DNA from: a virus
Virus record (IMG/VR): IMGVR_UViG_3300046808_001035
Length of the DNA stretch: 64,000 bases
Reading direction: 5' to 3' (one strand)
The notes under the pieces were generated by a model. That model was not told the DNA's origin and did not search any database. It saw nothing but the letters and a program-made list of their open reading frames with translations. Below are positions 9,187 through 21,100 of this stretch, piece by piece. Position 1 is the first letter of the stretch, and each line of letters begins with the position of its first letter. A program made the translations under genes and the position numbers.

Positions 9187-10248
9187 CTAGTCTTTTGGTT
9201 GAGGCCAGTATTTCTCATTAGCATAATACTCTGGTTTAGCAAACTGAGGCCAGAAATAAAACTCAGGAACTCTAGCTAGATTGAAGCTGCCTGCTGCGCG
9301 GGGAGGTCTTTCTAGCGGATAGTTGGGAGATGCTTCCTGATAGTCTTCAGGATACTTCGGCAGGTCTGATTTGTTGTAATACAGGTCTTTATATTCGACG
9401 CTATCTAAAGTGAACCCAGACACATCTACAGGAGGAAGTAGTTTATGCTTTTGAGTACATAGACTATCTAGGGTTACGTCTCCAGTATTCACACCTATAG
9501 ATCCATCCTCTCCAGGGACGCCATAAAAAATGATAGGCTTCACACCTACGATATAAATATTGCCATCGTTCACAGGACTGCCTACACCTGCAGGAAATGG
9601 AAGTACGCCATTAATGTTTTTTATCACAGGGTTATCACAATTATTCAAGTAAGACGACTTGTCTCCAGGATTAAAGATAGTTTCAGGCGCAGATGCCTGA
9701 AGTTTGACATTCCTGCCCAGCTCATTAGTGTCTTTAGTTACGTTTGTCAGTACACCAAATTCTACAGCCCCTCGCAGCTCATTATTGCGCTTATCTCTAA
9801 TACTGGTTACTGCTGGAGGCGTGTAGCAAAAAACTACGCTCTCCTCAAACTCTGCATTGTTACGACTAAACATAAGAGGCTCTATAATGTCTTCAAGTGC
9901 TTGTGAGTTAAACACAGTCAACGAACCTGAAACAAACCTCACATAAGATTCGAGCTGTAGTATAGTGAAACTGTCGCTGGTAAGCTCTCCTGAAAAAGTT
10001 CCCAACACCTCATCAGAATCTTCGCTATCTCCAGAGATAGCAGCAATTGTAACATAGATCCTGCCAGCTTTAAAAAAAAGCTGACGCATATAAATTCTAT
10101 GCTTACCGTACGTAGAAGTAATCGCTGCTCCTGTAAAAATATCGTCAGGTATGTTATGCCCCGACACACTACGCAAAGAAGAAGATTGCTTGAAAGGGTA
10201 TTTTCTATACTGATTTTTGTTATTACGGTTTAAGCCTAAAATAGCCAT
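9187..10248 (-). CDS. Tail/baseplate-associated protein, paralogue of the 'NxxxxYP' family
   Basis: Start moved to ATG 10248 (MAILGLNRNNKNQYRKYPF...IPDDIF), which aligns with the paralogues and removes the overlap; has NINGVLP...DGNI. Confidence 0.7.
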   Translation of the reverse strand: MAILGLNRNNKNQYRKYPFKQSSSLRSVSGHNIPDDIFTGAAITSTYGKHRIYMRQLFFKAGRIYVTIAAISGDSEDSDEVLGTFSGELTSDSFTILQLESYVRFVSGSLTVFNSQALEDIIEPLMFSRNNAEFEESVVFCYTPPAVTSIRDKRNNELRGAVEFGVLTNVTKDTNELGRNVKLQASAPETIFNPGDKSSYLNNCDNPVIKNINGVLPFPAGVGSPVNDGNIYIVGVKPIIFYGVPGEDGSIGVNTGDVTLDSLCTQKHKLLPPVDVSGFTLDSVEYKDLYYNKSDLPKYPEDYQEASPNYPLERPPRAAGSFNLARVPEFYFWPQFAKPEYYANEKYWPQPKD

Positions 10249-10285
10249 AGTTGTATTTTTTATTAAACTTCTTCTGAGCTGTAGA

Positions 10286-13200
10286 TTAAGTCTGCTTATT
10301 AAAGTAATCCGGATACCTGGCTCGGAATGCTGATAGTTGTGCAGCTGTGGGCGGCTGAAAAGGTGTAGGCGTCCAATAGCCGTCCCAGGCGTATGGGGCG
10401 GCTGGAGCTCCACTCCAATTATAATTTACTTTAGGTGCTTCTACACTTACTCGACCCGAAGATAATGGAGGAGAAGCATAGAACTCTGTACCTAACGTAT
10501 GCATCGTGTTTAAATAATAAGGAACTATCGGTCCAATGTTCAGTGTAGGTATACCGAACTCAGGTTCGATGTCCATGCAAGTAATAAACTCTAATTGCCG
10601 TGGGTCTATAGCTCCTTCAACAGTTTTCAGCTTCGGCCAATCCCTATCGAATAGTGTCATACTGAGCAGCGCTCTGTTTGGGCCGTATACATCCTCGAGC
10701 ATAAGTGATTGGTGTCTCCATACGTCAGGAAACGCGGGTGTGCTGCGTAAGGTGTCGTAAATATGATATGCTCCGTGATTAAACTCTGTTAAGCGCTCAT
10801 TGCCTAGCTCGTCAAATGTGTTAGTTCCGAATCCTCCAATACTATCTATCATCGATTTATTGTACCTAGCAAACCAACGCCACTGCAGATCGTTTTCTCC
10901 TCGAAAACGCCAGCCTAGAAAAACATTAGATGGTAGTCTGTACACTTCAATATCGTATGATAAATTCATACCAGGAAGCCCTCCCAGCGCCTTTAGTCTT
11001 AGCTCGAACTCTGCTGTAGACCTGGACAGCGGAGCAACACGTACCCCGAACCCGCCTGCAGTAAAATATGTAGGTCCTGGCGGAACATCAGCCGGTACAT
11101 AAAATTCTTCTGTTAGCGGTAGGCCTATGGCTGGGTCTATGACAGTTAGGTATCCGCTGGAGTATTGCTTTTCACTAAGATACTTGAGATGTAATGGTCT
11201 TACTGGGCGAGGCATGCATGCCCACCAGCAAGGTTGCATCGGGAACGGGACGGTTGCCTTTTGATTTAGGTCTGTGTGTAAGGTTATAGTTTGGCTGGGG
11301 TGCGTAACTCCAGAACTATCTTTTGCGGCTAGAGTTAATTTAACCTCGTCTCCCGCACCAAACCCCATAATACGAATAGAGAGCATTTGCTTGCCTCCAG
11401 CTATAGGCTCACCCTCAAAAGGTAATCCTAGCGACGAAATATTTGTTGCTCTATTTGGTACAAAAGTTCTACACCATATATCGTATATGCAAGGCTTTAA
11501 CTGCCTACCGAAAAGCTCGGGATCGGGCGCAGGTAAGGTACCTACAGAAAACCCTCGACCATACACGGTGTGCTCGTAAGGATAATAGTCTTTGTTTATA
11601 GGTAGAGTTACTTCTTGTGTTATTGTAGAGGTGTCCCTGAAGCCGTCCGGTGTGTTGTATCCGGTGGGCCTATGCTCTAGCTTGTAATATATTTCTGTAT
11701 TTTTAGTGTCAACATACAGCTCAACAATTGAACATAAATACATTGTGTTGTCGTTATAGTACGCGCGAGAAGGAAGCACCGTAGGGCAGGAGCTGTTTAT
11801 TATTGTGATTCCTTTGTATCCTGCAGGTGGAGTTGATCCTGGGGGTGGCGCAGTGACTAGCTGTGGTCTGGCGACTACATAGTCAGTCGTTACCGTATAT
11901 GGAGCACTTGTAAAATAGTCGTTGTAGGCTACAAAAGTCATCTGGCAGTTCGCTACAAAGTCAGGCAATGTCGCACTGTCTGGTGTGAATGTGAAACTGC
12001 CTGCTGGAGTCATAGATGTTCTTACTGACAGGTCTTTTGCTTTTATACTGAATCTATCAAACACTGTAACAGTCCTAGATGTGTTGGCTATGGTATAGGT
12101 TACATCTACTTTCGTCACCAAGGACTGCATTCGTGCCAAGTTAGTTCCTATATAAGTGTTACTGGGGTTATTAGGGAGCTTGAGAGTAAATAGCTGTTTA
12201 TAAAAAAAGCCAGCTTGTTCTGCGCGTGTTAACTGTACCCAGTCTGAAGGCATTGTCACGGAACTGGGAGCTATATAGTGCATTATTGAGTTGGCTAATC
12301 CGACTCCTGAGCTCGGGGTTACAACCTCTCCAGATGATGCTCCAAAATTAATCGCACTTAGTGATAAGTGTACAACGTCACCATAGTTAAATGTGTGAGG
12401 TAATTGATAAGTTACTAGCCCTGGTGTTGCAGGCGCTGGAATATAAAATTTAGATGGTAACAAACTATCGATTGTATATTCGTAGTGCGTAACAGGTGAA
12501 CCGCCGTTGTTAAGTGGAGGATTAAAGGTTAATATTAGCTGTGTAGGATTGCCTGGAGCAGCGGCTAAACTCAATGCGCCTGTGGGTGCAGGTGCAGTTA
12601 TCGGAAAAGCGGTGACCCTATTAGATACACGCCAGCCTCCAGCAGCATTAATTGCTCTTATTACTACGTTCGCTGAAGCCCCATTACTCTTGGGGGTCGC
12701 TAATAGTATATAATTGTCAATGACTGCAGATGTGCTGTTTTGCCAGGTGGTGCCGCCATCTACTGTATAGTCGTAGCTGATTATTGGAGAGCCTCCGTTT
12801 GAAGCTGGTGGTGTAAAGTGTACTGTAGCTGTTGCTAGTTTTGTAGAGTCTACAACTACTTGTGTGATTGTGGGCTCTGAAGGTACAGTGTAAGGAGTGG
12901 CTGAAACAGCTGCTGAAGGACTTCCCATGCTTCTGAGGTTTTCAGCCTTCAGTAACACAGAGTAACTTTGACCATTAACTAGATTAGATATGGTGATGGG
13001 GTTAGCTGCAGCTGTGGGGGCATTTGATAGCTCTATGTAGTTTGTGCCTCCATCTATAGAGTAGTGATATTTTATTATCTGTGAGCCTCCGTCAGAAAGA
13101 GGGGGATTAAAATAAACTTTAAGCTCTCCTCCTCCACCCAGCCATCCTGCACCACGCTGAATGGAAGTGATTACAGGTGCCGACGGTTGTCCTGATATCC

Positions 13201-15121
13201 CTGGAGCTGTGTTAGAAGCTGCTCCAATCCCTGACGGATTGATTGCGCGTACCGTTATGTTATATAGCGTGTCGTTAAGTGTGCCTGTGATGGTTATGGG
13301 GCTAGTTGTTACTCCACTAGACACGTAAGGAGCGCCGTTCAATGAGTACTCATAATCAAGGATAACTCCTCCTGGCACCACTGGCTGCGAAAACTGAACA
13401 ACTAGTGAGTTATTTAGACCTGACACAGAGAATATTGTCGGCGCTGTGGGAGCTTCTCCACCAGTAATCACATTAACAGGGTCCGATTCCTTGGCGTAGT
13501 CTTGGCCGTTGACGCCCTTAAGCCTAACCTTGTATGGAGTTCCTGGGGTTAGTCCTGTTACAGTTATAATGTTATTTGTAGCCTGCACTGTCGAGCTATA
13601 CGTAAACCCATCATCTAAAGAATACTGATAGCCTGTAGCCGGAATGGTCCCTGGTCTGGAGGGTGGAGTAAAATTTATAAGTATACTGGTAGAGCTTAGA
13701 ACATCTACAGTTACGTTTGTGGGTGCGTCCAACGGAGGTCCGTCAGGGTCATTAGTGTATATCCACGCTTCTGAAAGCTGCCCTTGTCCTACAGAATTAA
13801 CAGCGGCAGCAGCCACAGGTACATAAACCATGGTTGATGAACCTTGCGGAATTTCGTATATATCATAAGCCATATCAAATATTCGGATAGCTCCCTGTCT
13901 CGTACCGTCGTTGGGATTTGGCTCGAATATAATAGCTGCTCTATAAGACCTCAGGTCAGTAGTAGGCGGATTGTACCAAGTACCTTCATCCACTAATTCA
14001 ATATTGCTGGTTGTAGAATCGTCAATAGATGCGACAACATGTGTAATAGGAGACCCTCCATCGTCTTGAGCCAAAAAGGTTATGTAAAAATTTGGTGACT
14101 CTCTGCCTAGGTCTGGCGCACTATAATGAAAATCTACGTGCGTAATTTTAAGCGGTTCTGGAGCTGTTTTTAGTGTTGTGCCTAAAGCTATGGCTGAAGC
14201 TGCTCCTGCGCCGCCTGCGTTGATTGCGCGCATTTGCACTCTATATTCTTTGTTACTTGCGAGACCAGAGATTATCAGAGGACTTGATAGGTCTGCCTCA
14301 GGACTGCGAGTTTTCCATCTATTTGAATTGAGTTTATACTGGTATCTTGTGACTGGATACCCGTTGGTTTTGGTCGGTGGAGTAAAATCTAAAGTTAGCT
14401 GCTTTACACCTGAGGTTACCTGCGTGATTCGTGGAGCGGATGGAGTTAAGCCTTCTGAAGGAATTCCCTCCACTACGTTAGACGGCTCTCCGGTACCTAC
14501 CTCATTAACAGCATACAAAATAACAGAATACTTTGTACCATTAGTTAAATTCTCTATGTCTATAGGACTTTCAGTGCTATCGTAAGTTAACTTAGTGGCT
14601 CCGTTATTTATAGAATATTTGTAGCCAGTGATAGGCTTGCCTCCGTCGACTGCGGGAGGAGTAAACGCTACAGTTAAAGACGAATTGCCTGCCGATACGT
14701 TAGTGATTGTTGGGGCAAATGGAGCCTCAAAATTAGGCACACCCGAAAGTTCTACAGACTCTTGACCTCCTCCATGTTGTGTTTCTGTGCGTATTTTAAG
14801 TCTATAGCTTGTTAAATTAGTAAGTCCTCCTATCACTATAGGACTAGTTGTTTTTGCTGGAGATAAAGACACCCACGCTCTTGTATCGTTGGTGTTAGCC
14901 TCCCATATCATATAGCTGTAATTCACTATAGGGGATCCTCCTGGGGCTTCTGGAGGAGTAAATTTAACTACCAACCGCTCGTTTCCTGAAACAACTGACG
15001 CTCCTGTAGGAGCTGCGGTTGTGCCTGGGATACCTGCTGCAGGTAGAGATGGCTGGCTTACATCCCCAGATTCGTACACAGCCACGATTTTAACGTTATA
15101 TGGTGTCCCGTTGTTGAGCAT
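10286..15121 (-). CDS. Large FN3-repeat fibre/adhesin, distal part (1611 aa)
   Basis: Begins with the last two strands of an FN3 domain, then about 9 FN3 repeats (PxAPxI...FTPP..GG.PI..Y.YS...L.NG..Y.V...A.N..G), then about 650 aa of non-repetitive putative receptor-binding region. Confidence 0.85.
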   Translation of the reverse strand: MLNNGTPYNVKIVAVYESGDVSQPSLPAAGIPGTTAAPTGASVVSGNERLVVKFTPPEAPGGSPIVNYSYMIWEANTNDTRAWVSLSPAKTTSPIVIGGLTNLTSYRLKIRTETQHGGGQESVELSGVPNFEAPFAPTITNVSAGNSSLTVAFTPPAVDGGKPITGYKYSINNGATKLTYDSTESPIDIENLTNGTKYSVILYAVNEVGTGEPSNVVEGIPSEGLTPSAPRITQVTSGVKQLTLDFTPPTKTNGYPVTRYQYKLNSNRWKTRSPEADLSSPLIISGLASNKEYRVQMRAINAGGAGAASAIALGTTLKTAPEPLKITHVDFHYSAPDLGRESPNFYITFLAQDDGGSPITHVVASIDDSTTSNIELVDEGTWYNPPTTDLRSYRAAIIFEPNPNDGTRQGAIRIFDMAYDIYEIPQGSSTMVYVPVAAAAVNSVGQGQLSEAWIYTNDPDGPPLDAPTNVTVDVLSSTSILINFTPPSRPGTIPATGYQYSLDDGFTYSSTVQATNNIITVTGLTPGTPYKVRLKGVNGQDYAKESDPVNVITGGEAPTAPTIFSVSGLNNSLVVQFSQPVVPGGVILDYEYSLNGAPYVSSGVTTSPITITGTLNDTLYNITVRAINPSGIGAASNTAPGISGQPSAPVITSIQRGAGWLGGGGELKVYFNPPLSDGGSQIIKYHYSIDGGTNYIELSNAPTAAANPITISNLVNGQSYSVLLKAENLRSMGSPSAAVSATPYTVPSEPTITQVVVDSTKLATATVHFTPPASNGGSPIISYDYTVDGGTTWQNSTSAVIDNYILLATPKSNGASANVVIRAINAAGGWRVSNRVTAFPITAPAPTGALSLAAAPGNPTQLILTFNPPLNNGGSPVTHYEYTIDSLLPSKFYIPAPATPGLVTYQLPHTFNYGDVVHLSLSAINFGASSGEVVTPSSGVGLANSIMHYIAPSSVTMPSDWVQLTRAEQAGFFYKQLFTLKLPNNPSNTYIGTNLARMQSLVTKVDVTYTIANTSRTVTVFDRFSIKAKDLSVRTSMTPAGSFTFTPDSATLPDFVANCQMTFVAYNDYFTSAPYTVTTDYVVARPQLVTAPPPGSTPPAGYKGITIINSSCPTVLPSRAYYNDNTMYLCSIVELYVDTKNTEIYYKLEHRPTGYNTPDGFRDTSTITQEVTLPINKDYYPYEHTVYGRGFSVGTLPAPDPELFGRQLKPCIYDIWCRTFVPNRATNISSLGLPFEGEPIAGGKQMLSIRIMGFGAGDEVKLTLAAKDSSGVTHPSQTITLHTDLNQKATVPFPMQPCWWACMPRPVRPLHLKYLSEKQYSSGYLTVIDPAIGLPLTEEFYVPADVPPGPTYFTAGGFGVRVAPLSRSTAEFELRLKALGGLPGMNLSYDIEVYRLPSNVFLGWRFRGENDLQWRWFARYNKSMIDSIGGFGTNTFDELGNERLTEFNHGAYHIYDTLRSTPAFPDVWRHQSLMLEDVYGPNRALLSMTLFDRDWPKLKTVEGAIDPRQLEFITCMDIEPEFGIPTLNIGPIVPYYLNTMHTLGTEFYASPPLSSGRVSVEAPKVNYNWSGAPAAPYAWDGYWTPTPFQPPTAAQLSAFRARYPDYFNKQT

Positions 15122-18100
15122 TAAATGGGAATGGTTAGAGAAGTTACAGGGAAAGCTGCGACGTTGAATGGGATGTACACTCCTGTGTCTGTGTTAGTAT
15201 ACACATTGTATTTGTAATCTACAATAGGTTGTACGTGATTACCTGGAGGAAGTATATTTAATGTTAATGTGCTGTCTTCTGGTACAACTCTAGTTATTTC
15301 AGGAATGCTGCCTAGTCCTCTTCCCACCCCTGCAGGCGAGGATGGTGTACCTGCACCCACAGCGTTCACTGCCCGAATGCGTATAGAATGCCTTGTATTC
15401 GCTCTCAGCGCTGTAGTTAAAATTAAAGGACTCTGCGTACTAGGAGGATTGAGAGGTGCCCATGTGTTAGCTCCGTCGAGTGAATACTCATGGTTCAGTA
15501 ATGGCGAACCTCCGTCCTCAGGAAGAGTGAAGCTTATTTGCACGGAGCTTGATGTTGCACTAATAAAGTCAATTACTGGAGCTGCTGGTGCGCCTGCAAT
15601 TATAGTGAAAGTAGCTGACGCAGGGCTGTCGCCGTTAGCGTTGGTAGCCTTCAGGGACACGCCGTATGTTTTACCTATTTCAAGCCCCGGCAGATCAAAT
15701 GGATTGTCTACACTATTCGTGGCTGTAAAGGTAACGCCATCTAAAGAATATTTGTAACCGATGATAGCAGAACCTCCGTCGTTACTTGGAACTGTGAAAT
15801 GTACCGAGGGTACGTTATTCACAGTCACAATCTTATTAATTGTTGGCGCTGACGGTAGATTCGTCGGGGTGCCTGTTACAGAATTCGATGCTGCACTATT
15901 ACCTGCCGAGCTAATTGCGCGCATCTGTACACTATAACTCGTATAATTCGTTAATCCTGTAATTTCAAAAGGAGATACTAGACTGTTTACAGGTATGTAT
16001 GAAACGCCAGAATCGATCGAGTACTCGTAGTTTGTTATAGCTGCGCCGCCTGAGCTGCTTGGTTGCGTAAAATTAACTGTGAGTTTACGGTCACCGCTTA
16101 CTAGACTGGTGATTGTAGGTGATAATGGTGCTCCTGGAGTAACAGATACCTCTTGTGAAAAGTCACCAGCACCATAAGAGTTAATTGCACAAATTTTGAC
16201 CGAGGTGACTTGTCCTGCGACCAGTCCTGTAATATCCATGATTATAGCTGTGCTGGCTGGAGATAGTGTTGTAAATTTAGCTACACCTCCTGCGGGTGTG
16301 GTTAGGTGGCCGTAATTGGTTATGGCTGCTCCTCCGTTTGAACTTGGTGGTGCAAAGCGTACTCGAGCTCCTGTAGGGGTACTACCTATCGAAAGAATGG
16401 TTGGTGCTGGAGGTGGACCAACCGGGACAGCTTGTACTGTGTTTGATGCTGGGCCTGTACCAGCATAATTTAGCGCCCTCAAGGACACAAAATAAGTAGT
16501 ACCATTAACAAGACCGTCAATTATAAGATATGGGGCCTCTGTCGAGTCGTCGGGAAGAGCTCCAACATTAGGTTCGCCTGCAGGCTGGTATGTTTGTCCT
16601 CCATTTAAAGAATATTCATAACCTGTAATAATGCTTCCGCCATTGTCTACAGGCGCAACAAAAATAAGCTGTAGCTTGTTTCGTTTGCTGTACACCTTAG
16701 CTATTTTTGGCGCGGTTGGAGGTGCGGCAGGAACAAAAGAAACGCTGGCAGACTCGCTACCTGCACCTGCGATGTTTACAGCTCGCAGCTTTAAATAGTA
16801 AAACTTACCGTTAGTTAGGCTAGGTATGTTAAACGATGTGCTATTGCTTGCAGGGTTTCTAGATACCCAGGCATCTGAATTGAGTTGATACTGATAGTTT
16901 GTTATAGCTGCCCCTCCTGAGCTTAGCGGAGCAGTGAATTGTACAGCCGCAGATTTGTTTCCTGCGGTAGCGATCAGGTCTATAGGCGCGGTGGGAACCG
17001 TTCTGGGTGTGCCTGATAGACTATTACTAGGCTTACCTAGGCCTACAGCAGTCCTAGCTTTAAGCAGGACGCTGTAGGCTGTACCATTAGTCAATCCTGT
17101 AATATCAAAGCTACCTGTAGTAGGTGATAGATCTGTGACTGTAGCAACAGCGTAAGTTCTGCCTGAGTCTATAGAGTAGCTGTAGTTTTGTAGCGGTAGT
17201 CCTCCGAGAAAAGGAGATTTTGTAAACAGTACCGAAAGCTGGGCATTACCTGGAGTAACTGAGGTTATCGTTGGGGCTGCTGCTAGAGCGGCAGGTGTGC
17301 CTAGCGCAGCCAATGAGGCTTCACCGTCTCCAGCTGCACTTACTGCCTTGAGTTTTACTGAATACTCCGTACCGTTAGTTAGTCCTGTAATCACTACAGG
17401 AGAGCCTGTCTTGGTTGGCGTTATAGGTAGCCATGCGCCATCATCTAACTGGTATTTGTAATTGGTTACTAGCAAGACTCCATTTATAGGTTGAGTAAAA
17501 TAGGCTGTTAATTGTGTGTCACCAGAAGTGAGTTCTAGTCCTGTAGGCGCTAAAGGTAAACCCATCGGGGTGCCTATAAGAACATTTGAGCCTACACTAA
17601 ACTTGCCTGCAACATTTACAACCTGAAGAGCTACGTAATAAGAAGTACCATTAGTTAATCCTGTAATCTCTAAAGGACTGGTTAAAGATGGAGTTGCGTT
17701 ATAGTTATAGGTAGCTCCTCCGTTTATTGAATAGCCTACGTTATACAGGTCAGCGCTACCTGTGTCTGTGGGTAATGTAAAGGCAACAGTTAGTTTGCTG
17801 TCTCCTGCGGTGATGTCTGAGATCGTGGGCGGATCAGGGCTTACAGCCAAAACTACAGTGTAAACTGCAGAAGCTGCGCTTTCACCGAAAATGTTGACTG
17901 CTTTTAAGGCTACTGAGTAGCTTTGTTCTAAAACCAGAGAAGGGATGAGTATGGGGCTTGAAGCATAGTCGGTAGCTATAAATGTTGTGCCTCCGTCTAT
18001 TGAGTATTTGTAGCTTGTGATGTCTACTCCACCTGTTTCTACTGGAGCTGAGAAAAATATGGTCGCTGAAGTGCCTACGGTGGCGTACGAGGTGATTGTT

Positions 18101-21100
18101 GGAGATCCTGGAACTGTGCCGGGTATAGCTTTTACAATCAAAGACTCTGACCCTCCTCCTGAAGGGTTCACAGCTCTGATGGTTATATTATAGGTGGTGC
18201 CGTTCACTAGATCAAAAATTCCATCAGCTGTAACATGCTTCGTAATCTCTAGTGGGCTGGTTGTCTGTTCAGGTACAAAAGCTGTCCAGTGCTCGCCTAA
18301 GTCTGTCGAGTACTCGTAATTGGTTATAGCTCTACCTCCGTCGTCGCTCGGAGGAGAGAAAAGCACAATTAACTTTTTATCCTCTGAAGTTACGCTGTTT
18401 ATTGTAGGCTTTGAGGCTTTTCGTGAAGGCACAGCCAGAAGAGTGGAGTTGACAACATCCACGGTGCCTGCAGGGACAACTATTTGCGGTGGGGCGAAAG
18501 AGAAGAACTCTGAAGAAGGGCTGATTGTTTTGGCTCCGCTTCCATAAACATACAGCTCGTAAAATCCGTAAGAATCGGTTGTAGTTATCTCCTCACCATC
18601 AGTTATAGTCACTCCTTGCACACCTTCTTCTGAAGGAGCTAAAACATAACCGCTAATCAGCCTTGTATCCAGGCGTACAGCAAAGTTAATACCTACTTGA
18701 TTAGAGCTAACAATTTGTACTTTTTGGAAAGTTGGAATGACTGAGTATATATTATTTGACGCTACGATGTTATAACCTCCTGACGAAAGTCCTGTTAACG
18801 TGTACTCGCCAGCAGCGTTTGTGACTGCCTGCTTGTCTCTGCCGTCAGTTATCACTATATCTGCTACAGGGTCTAAAGAGGCATCTAGTACTGTACCTGA
18901 CACTGAGTAGGAGACGGGTAAGACTTCTACACGTATAACTATACTAGCAGAACCACTGTTTGCTGAAGTTGCGTTGATAGTGACACTGTATTTACCTATT
19001 GATGTGGGGGAGCCAGCAAGTGCTCCGTTCGAATATACTATTCCTGGAGGTAAATTTGTAACAGATAAACTTACCGCATCTCCGGCCAGTGTAGGTGAGG
19101 CTACTACTTGAGCTAAAGTTGATGTAGGTGCATCAACCTGTAGTGCAAACCTTGAGTTAGGTGCGGGGGTTATTAAACTTAAAGGTACACTCAGATTGAG
19201 TGTCTCGACTACAGATGTGCCTAAGTTATTTGAAGCTGTTATTGATACGATATAAGTTCCTGCAGCCACATCCAAACCTACACTACCAGTAATATACCCA
19301 GAAGAAGAGCACACCAATCCTGTAGGTAGTCCTACGGCGATAAAGTTTGTTGGAGAATTAAGCGCAGTTACTTTGAATAAAGGGGTTTTCTCTGTGTATG
19401 CGTAGCCTCTGGTAACGTTGAGGGTTGTGTTAGGTAAAATGTTATTTATTACAGGAACACCTTCACTGTAAAATACCAGAGTTATAGAGCGAGTGTCGTT
19501 ACCTACAGGGTTGTAGACACCTAGACGAATAGGATAAGTTAGCGTAAACGATGACCCTAGTGAATTTGTTGGTAGTGCGCTGTCGGCTAGCTTTCCGTAA
19601 ATTTTACCTGTATATCGCTCTAGCTGAAGCCCTGCAGGGAGACCTGCAGCCATATAATAATTACGAGTAGCATCTGTTAGCCCTGGAGCAAAATTGTCTG
19701 TCCCACCATAAGCCTGAAGTGACGCGGCTGTAATTAGTGGAGCTGCGCTAGTTGTGGTGTTGTCTACTTCTAGCTCTAAAACCAGCCCCTCTACAGGTGC
19801 AGTGAACTGAGGTTTTGCATGTACCTGATAAGATATAGTGAAACTTACAGTATTAGAAGTGCCATAGACGTTATCAGCCGTCACAAACAGTTGAGTCGAC
19901 CCTGGTGTTGAGGCTGTCACTCTACCTGTAACTTTACCTGTGCTGCGATCAAAAGAAAGTCCTGGAGGTAGTGTGCCTTGAAGGTCGTAGCCGAATATAG
20001 GGAGATTGATGGCTGTAAAAGCTACGAGCGGCGTGGCTAGCGTATGAAGATCTAGGTTGTTCGTTAAATATATCTCATTCGCAGGCGGAGAAACTAGAGA
20101 TATTATAGGCTCAGCCTCTACAGCTACAGCAAAAGTAACTGTCTGCGGATTTGAGGCACTACCTGACGGATTTATTGCGTTGAATGTGAGTTCAAATACG
20201 GAGCCTGGAAGTATACTTGAAGGTAACTGACCTGTTAAATTGCCTGTAGTTTCAGAAAAAGAGAGCCCGTCAGGCAGTATTGATGGGGATACTGTGTACT
20301 TGAAAGAAGCTGCATTAAAATCAGGAGACTCTGTAAACAGAGTCATATTAGTTGCTGAAACCTGGATTATAGGATTCTCTGCGGTATAAACAGAACTTTT
20401 ACTTAAAATTAAAGGGTTAACTGGAGAAAATCTTCCGCTTTGGGGTACAAGAATTTCTGGAGCTGCGATATAGTCTATCAAAAGCTGCCATATAGCTGTA
20501 CCTGCTGCGGAAGTTTTGAAGTATGCATTATACCTTTGGCTTGTGGCTTCTGACGCTGTTGCTGACGCGGATAGTGTCAGTATATTAGAGGGTTGATCGA
20601 AATTAGCAAGCAGCCATGCAGGCGTATTTCCGTAAAAGTCGGATATGCTTGCGACAGGGTCAGGGAACGCAATCTGCTCGTGGAAGAGTGAGCTATTTTG
20701 TTGCGTTACTACATATCTCTCAATTCCTCCTGTAGCTGTACCTGGACACGCACCTCCGACTATCTCAGGAAGTGAGAATATCTCGCCAACCATTAACCAA
20801 GCGTCAGAAACCTTCTCAAATACTGAAACATCTAAAAATCCGCCATCTGTTTCGCAGGTAATAGCAAAAACAGTGCTAATAAAGACATACTCTCTGCAGT
20901 TTAATAAAACTTCAGAAGTGCCAGACATGTTGATGCTGTCGGCCTTAGCAATTTTAAACTGACTGATTTGTCTTAGTGCAGGGGATGGATTAAATACCGC
21001 CCGAACAGGGACTACTCTTGCTGAAGGGTTGTATATTGCTACAACAATAGCCAAATTCGTACCATACACACCATCAGGAGTGTATGCCTCGTTGGTCGAG

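Noticed and set aside
10249-10413. N-terminal extension of the 408-aa ORF as given in the track
   Set aside because: It overlaps the upstream fibre gene; paralogue alignment places the start at 10248.
15110-15140. Programmed frameshift joining the two fibre genes
   Set aside because: No X_XXY_YYZ heptamer or plausible tRNA re-pairing at CCC ATT TAA. Kept only as an alternative in the split-FN3 finding.
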